A stretch of DNA of 64,000 nucleotides from Acidimicrobiia bacterium (GTDB lineage Bacteria > Actinomycetota > Acidimicrobiia > Spongiisociales > ZC4RG35): contig OZ244034.1 in the NCBI GenBank assembly GCA_965215185.1, positions 2,336,001 through 2,400,000 on the forward strand, written 5' to 3'. Shown in pieces: positions 1-9,153 of the stretch (position 1 is its first letter; the number at the start of each line of letters is the position of its first letter). A program made the position numbers and the translations under genes. The notes under the pieces are model-generated. The model had not been told where the DNA came from. It did no database searches and worked only from the letters and a program-made list of their open reading frames with translations.

Positions 1-2469
1 CTTCAACGAATGGGTGCCGGGTGACTGAACGCGTACGTAGTAGATGCCTGAGGGGACCACGGCATTCACGTATTCCTCGACGTTCGACTCATTTGTGCTC
101 GAGGCGAGAACCGCCAGCGTCGAGTCGGACTGTGGCTGCTCGAGGAACACATCTGCATCACGGGAGATGTCCAACAAGACGGCCGCGACGAATCGTTCTC
201 GTGTCAACGTAAACTTGAAATAGTTCGATCCAGAACTCAGCCAGTCATGCCACACGAGGCTCAGAGCGCCCTGCGTGGTCATATCTCCAAGGTCAAGCGC
301 GCCGACGGGTCCCGCAGCATCGTCATCGGCCACCGTTGCCGACACTTGCGCCGACAGCCCAGCATAGTTCGCGTCAGCCGATGTCGCGGTCGCTGTCACC
401 GACACCGTCTCGAACGCATCGTCGTTGTCGTCGACACCGGCAACCGTGACGGTCTGGGCCGTGCCCCATGTCGCCGAGGTGAAGACCAGCAGCGCCCCGT
501 CGCTCACCCTCAACGCCCCGCTGTCACCCGAGGACACCACAACGACGACATCCGCCGACGGGGCAGTGGAGAGTCTCACCGAGAACTCCCCGGTGCCCAT
601 CTCGCCCACGCGCATCTGCGTGGCGTCCACCACCAACCCGGAATGATCGTCGTCTTCGACATCGACCTCCAACTCCACGCGTGTCTCGTCGTAGGCAGCA
701 TCGGTGGACGAAGCCACCGCTGTGACGGTCACGTTGTCATCGTCAGCATCGTCGTCGTCGACACCGGCAACCGTGACGGTCTGGGCCGTGCCCCATGTCG
801 CCGAGGTGAAGACCAGCAGCGCCCCGTCGCTCACCCTCAACGCCCCGCTGTCACCCGAGGACACCACAACGACGACATCCGCCGACGGGGCAGTGGAGAG
901 TCTCACCGAGAACTCCCCGGTGCCCATCTCGCCCACGCGCATCTGCGTGGCGTCCACCACCAACCCGGAATGATCGTCGTCTTCGACATCGACCTCCAAC
1001 TCCACGCGTGTCTCGTCGTAGGCAGCATCGGTGGACGAAGCCACCGCTGTGACGGTCACGTTGTCATCGTCAGCATCGTCGTCGTCGACACCGGCAACCG
1101 TGACGGTCTGGGCCGTGCCCCATGTCGCCGAGGTGAAGACCAGCAGCGCCCCGTCGCTCACCCTCAACGCCCCGCTGTCACCCGAGGACACCACAACGAC
1201 GACATCCGCCGACGGGGCAGTGGAGAGTCTCACCGAGAACTCCCCGGTGCCCATCTCGCCCACGCGCATCTGCGTGGCGTCCACCACCAACCCGGAATGA
1301 TCGTCGTCTTCGACATCGACCTCCAACTCCACGCGTGTCTCGTCGTAGGCAGCATCGGTGGACGAAGCCACCGCTGTGACGGTCACGTTGTCATCGTCAG
1401 CATCGTCGTCGTCGACACCGGCAACCGTGACGGTCTGGGCCGTGCCCCATGTCGCCGAGGTGAAGACCAGCAGCGCCCCGTCGCTCACCCTCAACGCCCC
1501 GCTGTCACCCGAGGACACCACAACGACGACATCCGCCGACGGGGCAGTGGAGAGTCTCACCGAGAACTCCCCGGTGCCTGCCTCGCCCACGTTCAGGCCG
1601 GTAGGCACGGCAAGGAGTCCCGCAGCTTCCCTGCTGCCTCCGCCGCCTCCTCCGCCTCCTCCTCCGCCGCTTCCGCTTCCGCCGCTTCCGCCGCTTCCGC
1701 CTCCTCCGCCGCTTCCGCTTCCGCCGCTTCCGCCGCTTCCGCCTCCTCCGCTTCCGCCGCTTCCGCTTCCGCCTCCTCCGCCTCCGATGGAGTCGTCGCT
1801 GCCGGGGCTTTCTTCCGAGGGTTCCAATTCCAAGGCGCGTGCGAGGAACGTGGCCATCTCTGCTCTGGTAACAGCTTGGTCCGGGCAGAACATGGTGTCT
1901 TCGCATCCTTTGGTGATACCCGAAGCGGCGAGCTTGGCGACACTTGCCGCGTACCAAGCGTCGGAAGGCACGTCGCTGAAACCAGGGTCGGGTCCTTCAT
2001 CCAGACCGAAAGCCCGCGACAGGAAGGCAGCCATCTCGGCGCGGGTCGTAGTCCGATCGGGGCAGAAGACACTGCCGTCCCCGCATCCCTTGGTGACGCC
2101 AAGTACTGCCAGGCGCTCAACGAAAGCTACGTGAGGATGCGCCGCGTCCACGTCCCCAAAGCGCCTTGACGCAGCCGGCCAGGGGTCCGCTCCGTCCAGG
2201 ACGCGAACAGTCCACACCGCCACCGTCGCGCGATCTATGTCATCCCCGGGGCAGAACCCCTCATCGCACTCAGTGCCCACAAACACCCCGGCGGCGGCAA
2301 GAGTGCTGACCGGCTCCGCGTAGTAGGTGTCCGGGGGAACATCCGAATACGGCGCACCGTCCTGCGCCACGGCCACCGACGTTGCTGCCCCCAGTACCGC
2401 AGCCACCATGGCCACAACAGCCAACCCCCAAACCACCCCAACACGAACGCCACTCAACCACAACCGCAC
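1..2469 (-). CDS. Large secreted surface protein: signal peptide, three SLH-like domains, Gly/Ser linker, about four Calx-beta/Ig-like repeats, PPC-like domain; 3' end lies outside the window
   Basis: Hand-translated minus frame from GTG 2469 is open to position 1 (missing from the ORF track): VRLWLSG...AVAQDGAPYSDVPPDTYYAEPV..., GCGDGSVFCPDRTTTRAEMAAFL (SLH-like), LVFTSATWGTAQTVTVAGVDDDDADD (repeat), YFKFTL...DADVFLE...PSGIYYVRVQ (PPC-like). Confidence 0.85.
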   Translation of the reverse strand, partial: MRLWLSGVRVGVVWGLAVVAMVAAVLGAATSVAVAQDGAPYSDVPPDTYYAEPVSTLAAAGVFVGTECDEGFCPGDDIDRATVAVWTVRVLDGADPWPAASRRFGDVDAAHPHVAFVERLAVLGVTKGCGDGSVFCPDRTTTRAEMAAFLSRAFGLDEGPDPGFSDVPSDAWYAASVAKLAASGITKGCEDTMFCPDQAVTRAEMATFLARALELEPSEESPGSDDSIGGGGGGSGSGGSGGGGSGGSGGSGSGGGGGSGGSGGSGSGGGGGGGGGGGSREAAGLLAVPTGLNVGEAGTGEFSVRLSTAPSADVVVVVSSGDSGALRVSDGALLVFTSATWGTAQTVTVAGVDDDDADDDNVTVTAVASSTDAAYDETRVELEVDVEDDDHSGLVVDATQMRVGEMGTGEFSVRLSTAPSADVVVVVSSGDSGALRVSDGALLVFTSATWGTAQTVTVAGVDDDDADDDNVTVTAVASSTDAAYDETRVELEVDVEDDDHSGLVVDATQMRVGEMGTGEFSVRLSTAPSADVVVVVSSGDSGALRVSDGALLVFTSATWGTAQTVTVAGVDDDDADDDNVTVTAVASSTDAAYDETRVELEVDVEDDDHSGLVVDATQMRVGEMGTGEFSVRLSTAPSADVVVVVSSGDSGALRVSDGALLVFTSATWGTAQTVTVAGVDDNDDAFETVSVTATATSADANYAGLSAQVSATVADDDAAGPVGALDLGDMTTQGALSLVWHDWLSSGSNYFKFTLTRERFVAAVLLDISRDADVFLEQPQSDSTLAVLASSTNESNVEEYVNAVVPSGIYYVRVQSPGTHSLK
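425..1577. repeat. Tandem 327-bp (109-aa) intragenic repeat, about 3.5 essentially identical copies
   Basis: Identical shadow ORFs start at 704, 1031 and 1358 (period 327); copies look identical by eye. Confidence 0.95.
1635..1786. repeat. Low-complexity microsatellite encoding a Gly/Ser linker on the minus strand
   Basis: (ccgctt/ccgcct/cct)n reads GGA GGC GGA AGC on the coding strand. Confidence 0.9.
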
Positions 2470-2656
2470 TAAAACGAACCCCCACCGAGGCCGACACAAT
2501 TACTACAGATACAACTCATTTACAGAGCAGAAGTTAGCACTTTATACTCGGCGCTCTCATTTTTACCTCACAATCGCCTTATAAATATAACACAGCGGGG
2601 CAGCGTCCCATTGACGTGGTGGGAATGATCCTTACCGCAGGATTGGATGGTATCTC

Positions 2657-2980
2657 GTGAGGACCGTCATGCGTCGGCTGGCAAGACTGGTGTGCTGGGT
2701 TCTGCTGTGTTTCGTGTTAGCAGAAGGCGGTGCTGCGGCGGGGACTGCTGTTGGTGCAAGAGTGGCTTTATTCGCGGTTCCTTCAATGAACGTATGCGAT
2801 CGCACACCAGCAGTTCGCGACACGATCGTCGCCGCGGTCGCCGGAATCGACGATTGCCAGGATGTGACCGAGGCGCACCTCTCCGGAATCGGAAGGTCTC
2901 TCATCCTGAGACGCATGGGCATCACGGCTCTTAGGGTTGGAGACTTCGACGGTCTGACCTCTCTGAGGAGATTGACGTTG
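2657..2980 (+). pseudogene. N-terminal fragment of a secreted leucine-rich-repeat protein, truncated by IS3 sequence
   Basis: Signal peptide then VCDRTPAVRDTIVAAVAGIDDCQDVTEAHL...ITALRVGDFDGLTSLRRLTL (LRR cap plus first LRR). Confidence 0.75.
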
Positions 2981-3170
2981 CCCGACCGCTATCGGCCCGT
3001 TCTATTCGCCATGCCTGGCTGACAGACATTATTCATCAGATCCACCAGCGGTCACGGGGCACGTATGGGGCGCTGCGGGTGCATGCCGAACTGCGGTTGG
3101 GTCATGGAATCTCGTAGGACACAACGCGGTGGCGATGCTGATGCCCAGGAGCCGGCCTGGCCGGTCTCAG
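2981..3170 (+). mobile_element. IS3-family OrfB N-terminal fragment
   Basis: Frame reads RPLSARSIRHAWLTDIIHQIHQRSRGTYGALRVHAELRLGHG, typical of IS3 OrfB. Confidence 0.75.
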
Positions 3171-3187
3171 TAGGTGACCGACGGCCC

Positions 3188-3462
3188 ATTGATGATCACC
3201 CCGAAGACGACAGCACCTTCGTAGCTTCTTACATGATCTCCGATCCGGAAGGAACCACCACCGCCACCATGTTGACCGGCACCGACCGAGACGACCTGCA
3301 AATCACCAACACTGGACAGCTCAGTTTCCAGGAAATCCCCGACTATGAAAACCCCACCGATTCCAACCGCGACAACACCTACCAGGTAACAATCGAAACC
3401 ACCGCCGGCAGCCACACCACCCGCCACAACCTCACCGTGAAAGTCACCAACCAAGACGAACC
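3188..3462 (+). pseudogene. Orphan cadherin-domain fragment
   Basis: SDPEG...GQLSFQEIPDYENPTDSNRDNTYQVTIE...VKVTNQDEP cadherin motifs. Confidence 0.8.
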
Positions 3463-3696
3463 TGAGGTTCCCCCGGTTTGGCGGACTGTTTTGGTTGGTG
3501 TTCATGCCACCAGTTGTTGTTGGTGGCGGTAGTTTACGGGGCTTTGTTGGTTGTTGTAGGAGTGTCTCCTTTCGGGGTTGTACCAGCCTTCGATGTACTC
3601 GAAGATTGCCAGGCCCTGCTGGTGGCGGGTCTCCCATTTCTGGCGGTCCAGCAGTTCTGTTTGGAGGGTGGCGAAGAACGATTCCACGACGGCGTT
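3463..3696 (-). mobile_element. IS3-family right end with transposase C-terminus
   Basis: Terminal TGAGGTTCCCCCGGTTTGGCGGAC; minus frame NAVVESFFATLQTELL...AIFEYIEGWYNPERRHS. Confidence 0.85.
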
Positions 3697-4355
3697 GACG
3701 CCCCTATAGTCAAATTTTGGGTTTAGGGGGTGGTGTGTTGTCGGGTTTTGTGGTCGGTCATGACGCGTTGGTAGACCTCGCGGGCGAGGAAGCGTTTCAG
3801 GCAGCGGATGATGTCCTTTTTTGAGAGGCCCTGGGCGGTGCGACGAGCGACGTAGTCGATGGTGGGCTAGTGGAATCGCATTCGTACTATCGCTACTCGG
3901 TACAGCGCCGCGTTGGCTTGACGGTGCCCGCCTCTGTATAGACGATGCCTGTTGGTCTGTGCGGAGGAAGCCGGAATCGGACACGTGCCACAGAGTTTGG
4001 CGAATGCGGCCTCGGAACGGATCCGTTCGGGGTTGTCACCGAACACGATGAGAAGCTCCGCCGCGGAATCGGCTCCGATGCCAAAGCCGTCTCGCAGTGT
4101 TGGGGAGGCTTGGGCGGTGAGGTCGTCGAGCACGGTGTCGTGGGAGCGGATCTCGGTGTCGAGGTGGAGCCAGCGGCGTGCTAGTGCTCTTGAGTGAGTA
4201 CTTGGCGGAGGCTGTGGGGGTGTTGATCACCGAGACCCGAAAGCGTGCGCAACGGTTGATGAGCGCTTTGTTAGAAAGCCCATCGAGGGATTCGCGCAGC
4301 TCGGCCGGGGTGTTGACGATGATTGCCTTGAGGGTGATGATCGCCGAGGTTCGGC
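3697..4355 (-). mobile_element. IS110-family element D: 3' half of recombinase (pseudogene) plus right end
   Basis: FGDNPERIRSEAAFAKLCGTCPIPASS...RHRLYRGGHRQANAAL; in-frame TAG at 3867-3869; right end TTGACTATAGGGGCGTC abuts IS3 codons AAC GCC. Confidence 0.85.
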
Positions 4356-4790
4356 GAGCCTGTATACATGTCTGTGTGAGGTGGGTTCTTTATTGCTGTG
4401 GCTGGTGTGAGAGCCGGTCCGAGAGGAGAGTGTTTTGATGCCTATTGAACATGATGTGACGGAGGCGGCTGTGGTGGCTGCTGGTGTGGTGTCTGATGAG
4501 GTGGTGGAGGCGGTGGTTTCGGACGCTGCTGCTGGTGGTGTGGACCTTCTGGGTCCTGATGGGGTGTTGGCTGAGTTGACGAAGCGGATTCTGGAACGTG
4601 CTTTGGCTGAGGAGATGACCGATCATCTGGGCTATGAGTCCGGTGATCCGATGGGTCATGGTACGGGTAAGAACCGTAACGGGTCCTCTCCCAAACAGGT
4701 GCTGACTAAAGATCGGCGCGGTGGATTTGGACATTCCACGGGACCGTAACGCTACGTTCGAACCGAGGATCGTTCCCAAGGGCGCCCGGC
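4356..4790 (+). mobile_element. IS256-family element: left end and 5' part of transposase (frameshifted)
   Basis: End GAGCCTGTATACATGTCTGTGTGAG; LLGPDGVLAELTKRILERALAEEMTDHLGY...RNG and DIPRDRNATFEPRIVPKG. Confidence 0.9.
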
Positions 4791-5230
4791 GCCGTAGCTG
4801 CCGGTGCCTTCCACCCCAACCCGCACCACACGACCCTGGGATCTCAACCAGCCGCCCAGTTCCTCAAAGCCGGTTGCATCGGCCGGGAACGGAGCGGTTC
4901 CCAGGACTCGACCGGCGGTGTCCACTACCGCCGCGACATGACAATCGCGATGGGTGTCCACCCCGCCAAACACCTCAACCAGGCTCTCTTTTTGTGACAT
5001 GAATGTCTTCTTCTTCCTTGGATAGACTCGCGGGTATCACCGGACCGGAAGCGGTGGACAGAACACTCATGATGGTGTGGAGAAGCAAGGCTCCTATAAG
5101 GTCACATCCGCTCCCGGGTCGGGGAGTGTCCCCAGGCCGAAAGCAGGCCGACAGATCATGATAAGGCACAAACGGCCAGTTTGTCAAGGGGTCAGACCCG
5201 CCCCGACCAGGGACCCCACCATTATCGAGT
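4783..5230 (-). mobile_element. IS110-family element C: left end, bridge-RNA region and recombinase N-terminus
   Basis: ORF from 5000: FGGVDTHRD...GVEGTGSYGAG; left end ACTCGATAAT at 5230; fused to IS256 through the microhomology cccggcgc. Confidence 0.85.
5045..5215 (-). ncRNA. Putative IS110-C bridge RNA (left target guide TTGACAAAC at 5187-5179, right target guide CATG, donor guides ATAGGAGC and GAGTG)
   Basis: Scaffold aligns with the A1 and A2 non-coding ends; variable segments fall at the guide positions; boundaries approximate. Confidence 0.75.
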
Positions 5231-5589
5231 GTTTTGCAAATCGCTTTTCGGGGGTGGGGGTTGTTTGAGCTTTTTGGTGGGGTGGTTTGGGGTTGGGGCG
5301 AGTTCTGGGGGTTTAGTGGGGGGTTTTCCAGTAGCCGGTAGAGGTGGCGGGCGATGTACCGTTTGAGGCAGCGTCGTGCTTCGCGGGTGGTTTTTCCTTG
5401 GCTGATGCGTTTGGCTATGTAGGCCTGGGTTTTGGGACAGTGGCGGGTGCGGGTGATGGCCATGTTGTGGAGCGCGCGGTTGAGTTGGCGGTCACCGCGT
5501 CGGTTGAGTCGGTGGCGGGTGCGTTGCCCTGAGGAGGCTTGGAGGGGTGCTACGCCGGCTAGCCGAGCGAAGGCGGCTTCGTTACGGCA

Positions 5590-5766
5590 GCGGCAGCGTC
5601 CGAAACCACCGCCTCCACCACCTCATCAGACACCACACCAGCAGCCACCACAGCCGCCTCCGTCACATCATGTTCAACAGGCATCACAACACTCTCCTTT
5701 CGGGCCGGCTCTCACACCAGCCACAGCAATAGAGAACCCACCTCACACAGACATGTATACAGGCTC
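5590..5766 (-). mobile_element. Second IS256 left-end fragment, inverted relative to the 4356 copy
   Basis: Reverse complement of roughly 4356-4530 with few differences. Confidence 0.9.
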
Positions 5767-6249
5767 GGTTTGAGCGCCTCGGCGGACGGTTTCCAGTACC
5801 CGCAGGGCTTCTCGGTCTCCCCGAGCGCGGGGAGCCGAAAGCCGGGAGCGTCCCAGCGCCTGGCGGGCGGCTCGTCGAGCGTCCAACGCGTCGGTTTTGG
5901 CGCCGTCGCGGGTCGGGTGGGGATGGCCGAACTCTATTACCCATTCACCAGCCTCAGAAAGGTAGTCGGTGACTCCTGCTCCGTAGCTACCGGTTCCTTC
6001 CACCACCCACGCTCGTTCCGCGGATGTGTGCTGGTTTGTCCACTCCAACAGTTGAGCATATCCCATGCTGGTTGTCCCAAAGCGCGCAGATGTCAACTCT
6101 CCGGTGGTGGCAGTGTCCACTACCGAAGCGGTGATCCAGTCACGGTCAGGGCCTATTCCTATCGTATGTTTTACCATCTCGGCTAGCATCGTATTTGTTC
6201 CTCTTTTCTGGTGTTACCGGTTAGAGCTGGCGTACCCCCGAGGAGCGGC

Positions 6250-6460
6250 AACCGTTACGGCAGACCTGTGATGGGTCACACCCATTTGGGTGGACAGGCT
6301 TCTGATCAGGCCAGCAACGAAGCACCCAGGCGGGCGCAGCGAAGGGTGTCGGACACATCGATTTGAAGACACGGACCGGTCGGTAAAGACAGAAACGGTC
6401 AGGGTTTTGGAGGGTCACGACACCACCGCTGCGCCTAGCCTGGCAGACTCTGAGAGCACC
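6250..6460 (-). ncRNA. Putative IS110-B2 bridge RNA (left target guide CCAAAACCC at 6410-6402, right target guide CAAATCGA at 6365-6358)
   Basis: Scaffold aligns with the B1 left end; donor guides AGAAGC and CACAG conserved; boundaries approximate. Confidence 0.78.
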
Positions 6461-6462
6461 CC

Positions 6463-7686
6463 CTACATACTCACAGGGTTTGGTGCGGTGAGCCATTGGT
6501 GGTATCGGGTGGCGAGTTGGTGGTTGTGGTAGAGGCCTCGTTCGAGTTGTGAGAGGCGGTTTGGGTGGGCGTGGACGGCTGTGGCGGCCTGAGCGAGAGT
6601 GGTCCGGGTTTTTTGGCGTAAACAGCGTAGATCGGCGCCGTTGGGTGTTGAGGGTGGGTCGGTCAACAGTCGGTAGACCTGGCGGGCGATGTGGCGTTTC
6701 AGACAGCGGATGATCTCTCGGCGGGTTTTGCCTTCCGCCCGGCGTTTTTCGACGTATTCGATGGTGGTCTGGTCGCAGCGCATCCGAGTGGTGGCGATCC
6801 GCCACAAAGCGTTGTTGGCTTGGCGGTCGCCACCGCGGTTGAGGCGATGGCGCACAGGTCCTGAGGATGCCTGGACGGGACTGGCGCCGCACAACGCCGC
6901 GAAGGAAGCTTCCGATCTCATGCGTTCGGGGTTGTCACCAGCTGCGACCAATAAGGCGGCGGCGGTGTCCGGGCCGATCCCTGTGGTGGCCAACAGCGCC
7001 GGGTTGGCCCGGGCGCAGAGATCTTTGATCCGGGTGTCGAGTTCTCCGATCTCTGCGGTGAGGGTCTGGTATCTGCGGGCCAAGAGACGGAGGACATGTT
7101 TGGCGTAGGTGATGGTGGTGTCACCATCACCCGGACGAAAACCGGCACAGACCTTCCCGCGGGCTTTGGGGGAGAGCCCCCGAAGTTGGTGTTTGACCTG
7201 GTCGGGAGCAGTGACCACCAGGGCGTGCAGCTGGTTGATGGCCTGGGTACGGGCCTTGATCGCCGAACGGTGGGCCACTGTCAGCATCCGTATTGCTTCT
7301 ACTGGTCCGTTCCCGCTTTTGGGCAACCCGGTGGCCTGCCCGTTCAAAGCAGCCCGCGCCGCTGCCCGGGCGTCTGTGACATCGGTCTTGCCGAAGCGGC
7401 GGCGTAACTGGCGGTTGGGCCGGTTCACTTCCACCACCTCAACACCAATGCTCATAAGGTGGCGGGTCAGGCCGGCGCCGTAGCTGCCGGTGCCCTCCAC
7501 CCCGACCCGCACAACACGACCCAGGGACCCCAACCAGTTGTTCAACCGTTCATAACCGGCGACATCGGCCCGAAACGGCGCCGAGCCAAGGACCCGACCG
7601 GTGGCATCCACCACCGCCGCGACATGGGTATCACGGTGGGTGTCGACCCCACCAAACACAATCCGATCATCCTCTGACATATGCAT
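6463..7686 (-). CDS. IS110 recombinase A1 with C-terminal XRE-type HTH extension
   Basis: DEDD residues (GVDTH, GVEGTG, KTDVTDA), ASSG serine, RHRLNRGGDRQAN; tail DLRCLRQKTRTTLAQAATAVHAHPNRLSQLERG; last codons come from the B2 end. Confidence 0.92.
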   Translation of the reverse strand: MHMSEDDRIVFGGVDTHRDTHVAAVVDATGRVLGSAPFRADVAGYERLNNWLGSLGRVVRVGVEGTGSYGAGLTRHLMSIGVEVVEVNRPNRQLRRRFGKTDVTDARAAARAALNGQATGLPKSGNGPVEAIRMLTVAHRSAIKARTQAINQLHALVVTAPDQVKHQLRGLSPKARGKVCAGFRPGDGDTTITYAKHVLRLLARRYQTLTAEIGELDTRIKDLCARANPALLATTGIGPDTAAALLVAAGDNPERMRSEASFAALCGASPVQASSGPVRHRLNRGGDRQANNALWRIATTRMRCDQTTIEYVEKRRAEGKTRREIIRCLKRHIARQVYRLLTDPPSTPNGADLRCLRQKTRTTLAQAATAVHAHPNRLSQLERGLYHNHQLATRYHQWLTAPNPVSM

Positions 7687-7753
7687 CTTCTCCTTCAAAG
7701 GTAGAATTCGTTTCTGTTCTCTCTGACCCGAAAAAACGGTGGACAGACCACTC

Positions 7754-9153
7754 TGTGAGTATTGGGGGGGCCTTGTAGAGGCTGCCAGGATTGGCGTCAG
7801 CGGTGGTGTCGTGACCCGAGACCACTCTGACCTTTGTGTCTTTGCCGTGATATGTCCGACACCGCCGCGACGCCCCTGGGCGTTCCGTTGCTGGCCTGAT
7901 CAGAAGCTTGTCCACCCATGGGGTGTGACTCATCACAGTCCTGCCGTCACGGTTTGCGCCTTGTGAGGCACTAGCCCAGTTCGCACAAGAAAGAGAAGGT
8001 TTCTTATGTTGGCCACAATGGTAGAGCATGTGATCGGGATCGATCCTGATCGTGACCGGGTCACCGCCGCGGTAGTAGACACTTCCACCACCGGAGAACA
8101 AGCGACTGCGGTGTTCGGAACCACCCGGCTGGGATATGACCGGTTGTTGAAATGGGCAGACCAGCACACTCAGACGGCTGAGCGGGTGTGGTCGGTGGAA
8201 GGCTCGGGCAGTTACGGAGCAGGCGTGACCACCTATCTCGCTGCCCGAGGTGAACTAGTGGTGGAGTTCAACGATCCCACCCCTACCCGCGACGGCGCCA
8301 AAACCGACGCACTGGACGCTCGGCGGGCCGCTCGCCAGGTGCTGGGCCGTCCTTGGCCATCTGTCCCGCGGGCTAGGGGAGACCGCGAAGCCTTGCGAGT
8401 GTTGGAGACCACCCGCCAGGGCGCCCAAGGGGCCAGAGTATCGGCCATCAACCAGCTAAAAGCCCTGGTAGTGACCGCGCCAGTCGATCTTCGGGACCAA
8501 CTCCGAGGTCTGAGCACAACTGCTCTGGTGGCCAAGTGCGCGGCGTTTCGAATCCGACCCGCCTCCGTCAACGAACTGACCGCCACCAAACAAGCCCTAC
8601 GTTCTACAGCCAGACGCATCCGCAACCTCAACAATGAAATAGCAGAGCTGAAAACGCCCATCGCCGAAATGGTCACAGCCGCAGCTCCGCAACTGCTCGA
8701 CCAATTCGGGATTGGTCCGGTCACCGCCGCCCAAGTGTTCATCGCCTGGTCCCACCCAGGCCGATGCCGCAACGAGGCCGCGTTCGCTCGCCTGGCCGGC
8801 GTAGCACCCCTCCAAGCCTCCTCTGGACAACAAACCCGCCACCGGCTAAGCCGCTACGGCGACCGCCAACTCAACCGCGCCCTCCACACCATCGCTATCA
8901 CCCGCGCTCGGGACTGCCCCAAAACCCGGGCCTACATCGCCAAACGCATCAGCCAAGGAAAAACCACCCGAGAAGCCCGCCGCTGCCTCAAACGGTACAT
9001 CGCCCGCCACCTCTACCGACTCCTACAAAACCCGCCCCCAACCCCGGCCGAACCAGCCCCACCGTTCCACTCGGAAACGCCGCAACACCCCCACAAGCTC
9101 AAACATCCTCAAATCCCCGCCAAAAGCCTCGATTTGGAGAACATAGAAGCATC
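7754..9153 (+). mobile_element. IS110-family element B1, apparently complete, TC core at both junctions
   Basis: ...AGACCACTC|TGTGAGTATT...CATAGAAGCATC|ACATGG; removing it restores the A-type non-coding end. Confidence 0.92.
7770..7960 (+). ncRNA. Putative IS110-B1 bridge RNA (left target guide AGACCACTC 7819-7827, right target guide GTGA 7847-7850, donor guides AGAAGC 7902-7907 and CACAG 7934-7938)
   Basis: All four guide segments match the observed target and the reconstructed circle junction; boundaries approximate. Confidence 0.85.

Larger units (their letters stand above)
5231..6475 (-). mobile_element. IS110-family element B2, disrupted (IS256 end plus deletion inside, element C in its right end)
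   Basis: N-terminus 6189-5767 (GIGPDRD...VEGTGSYG...KTDALDA) and C-terminus 5590-5231 closely resemble B1; left end TGTGAGTATG at 6475. Confidence 0.88.

Noticed and set aside
425-1577. Possible CRISPR array
   Set aside because: Contiguous 327-bp coding repeats with no spacers; no cas genes in the window.
247-2169. 640-aa plus-strand ORF and the poly-Pro, poly-Arg and Glu/Ala ORFs
   Set aside because: Shadow frames of the minus-strand SLH surface protein and its Gly/Ser microsatellite.
3697-5230. Elements C and D as two halves of one IS110
   Set aside because: D's right flank is IS3 (AACGCC), which fits neither C's guide nor the B2 right end; the joined ends would give only a 15-nt promoter spacer.
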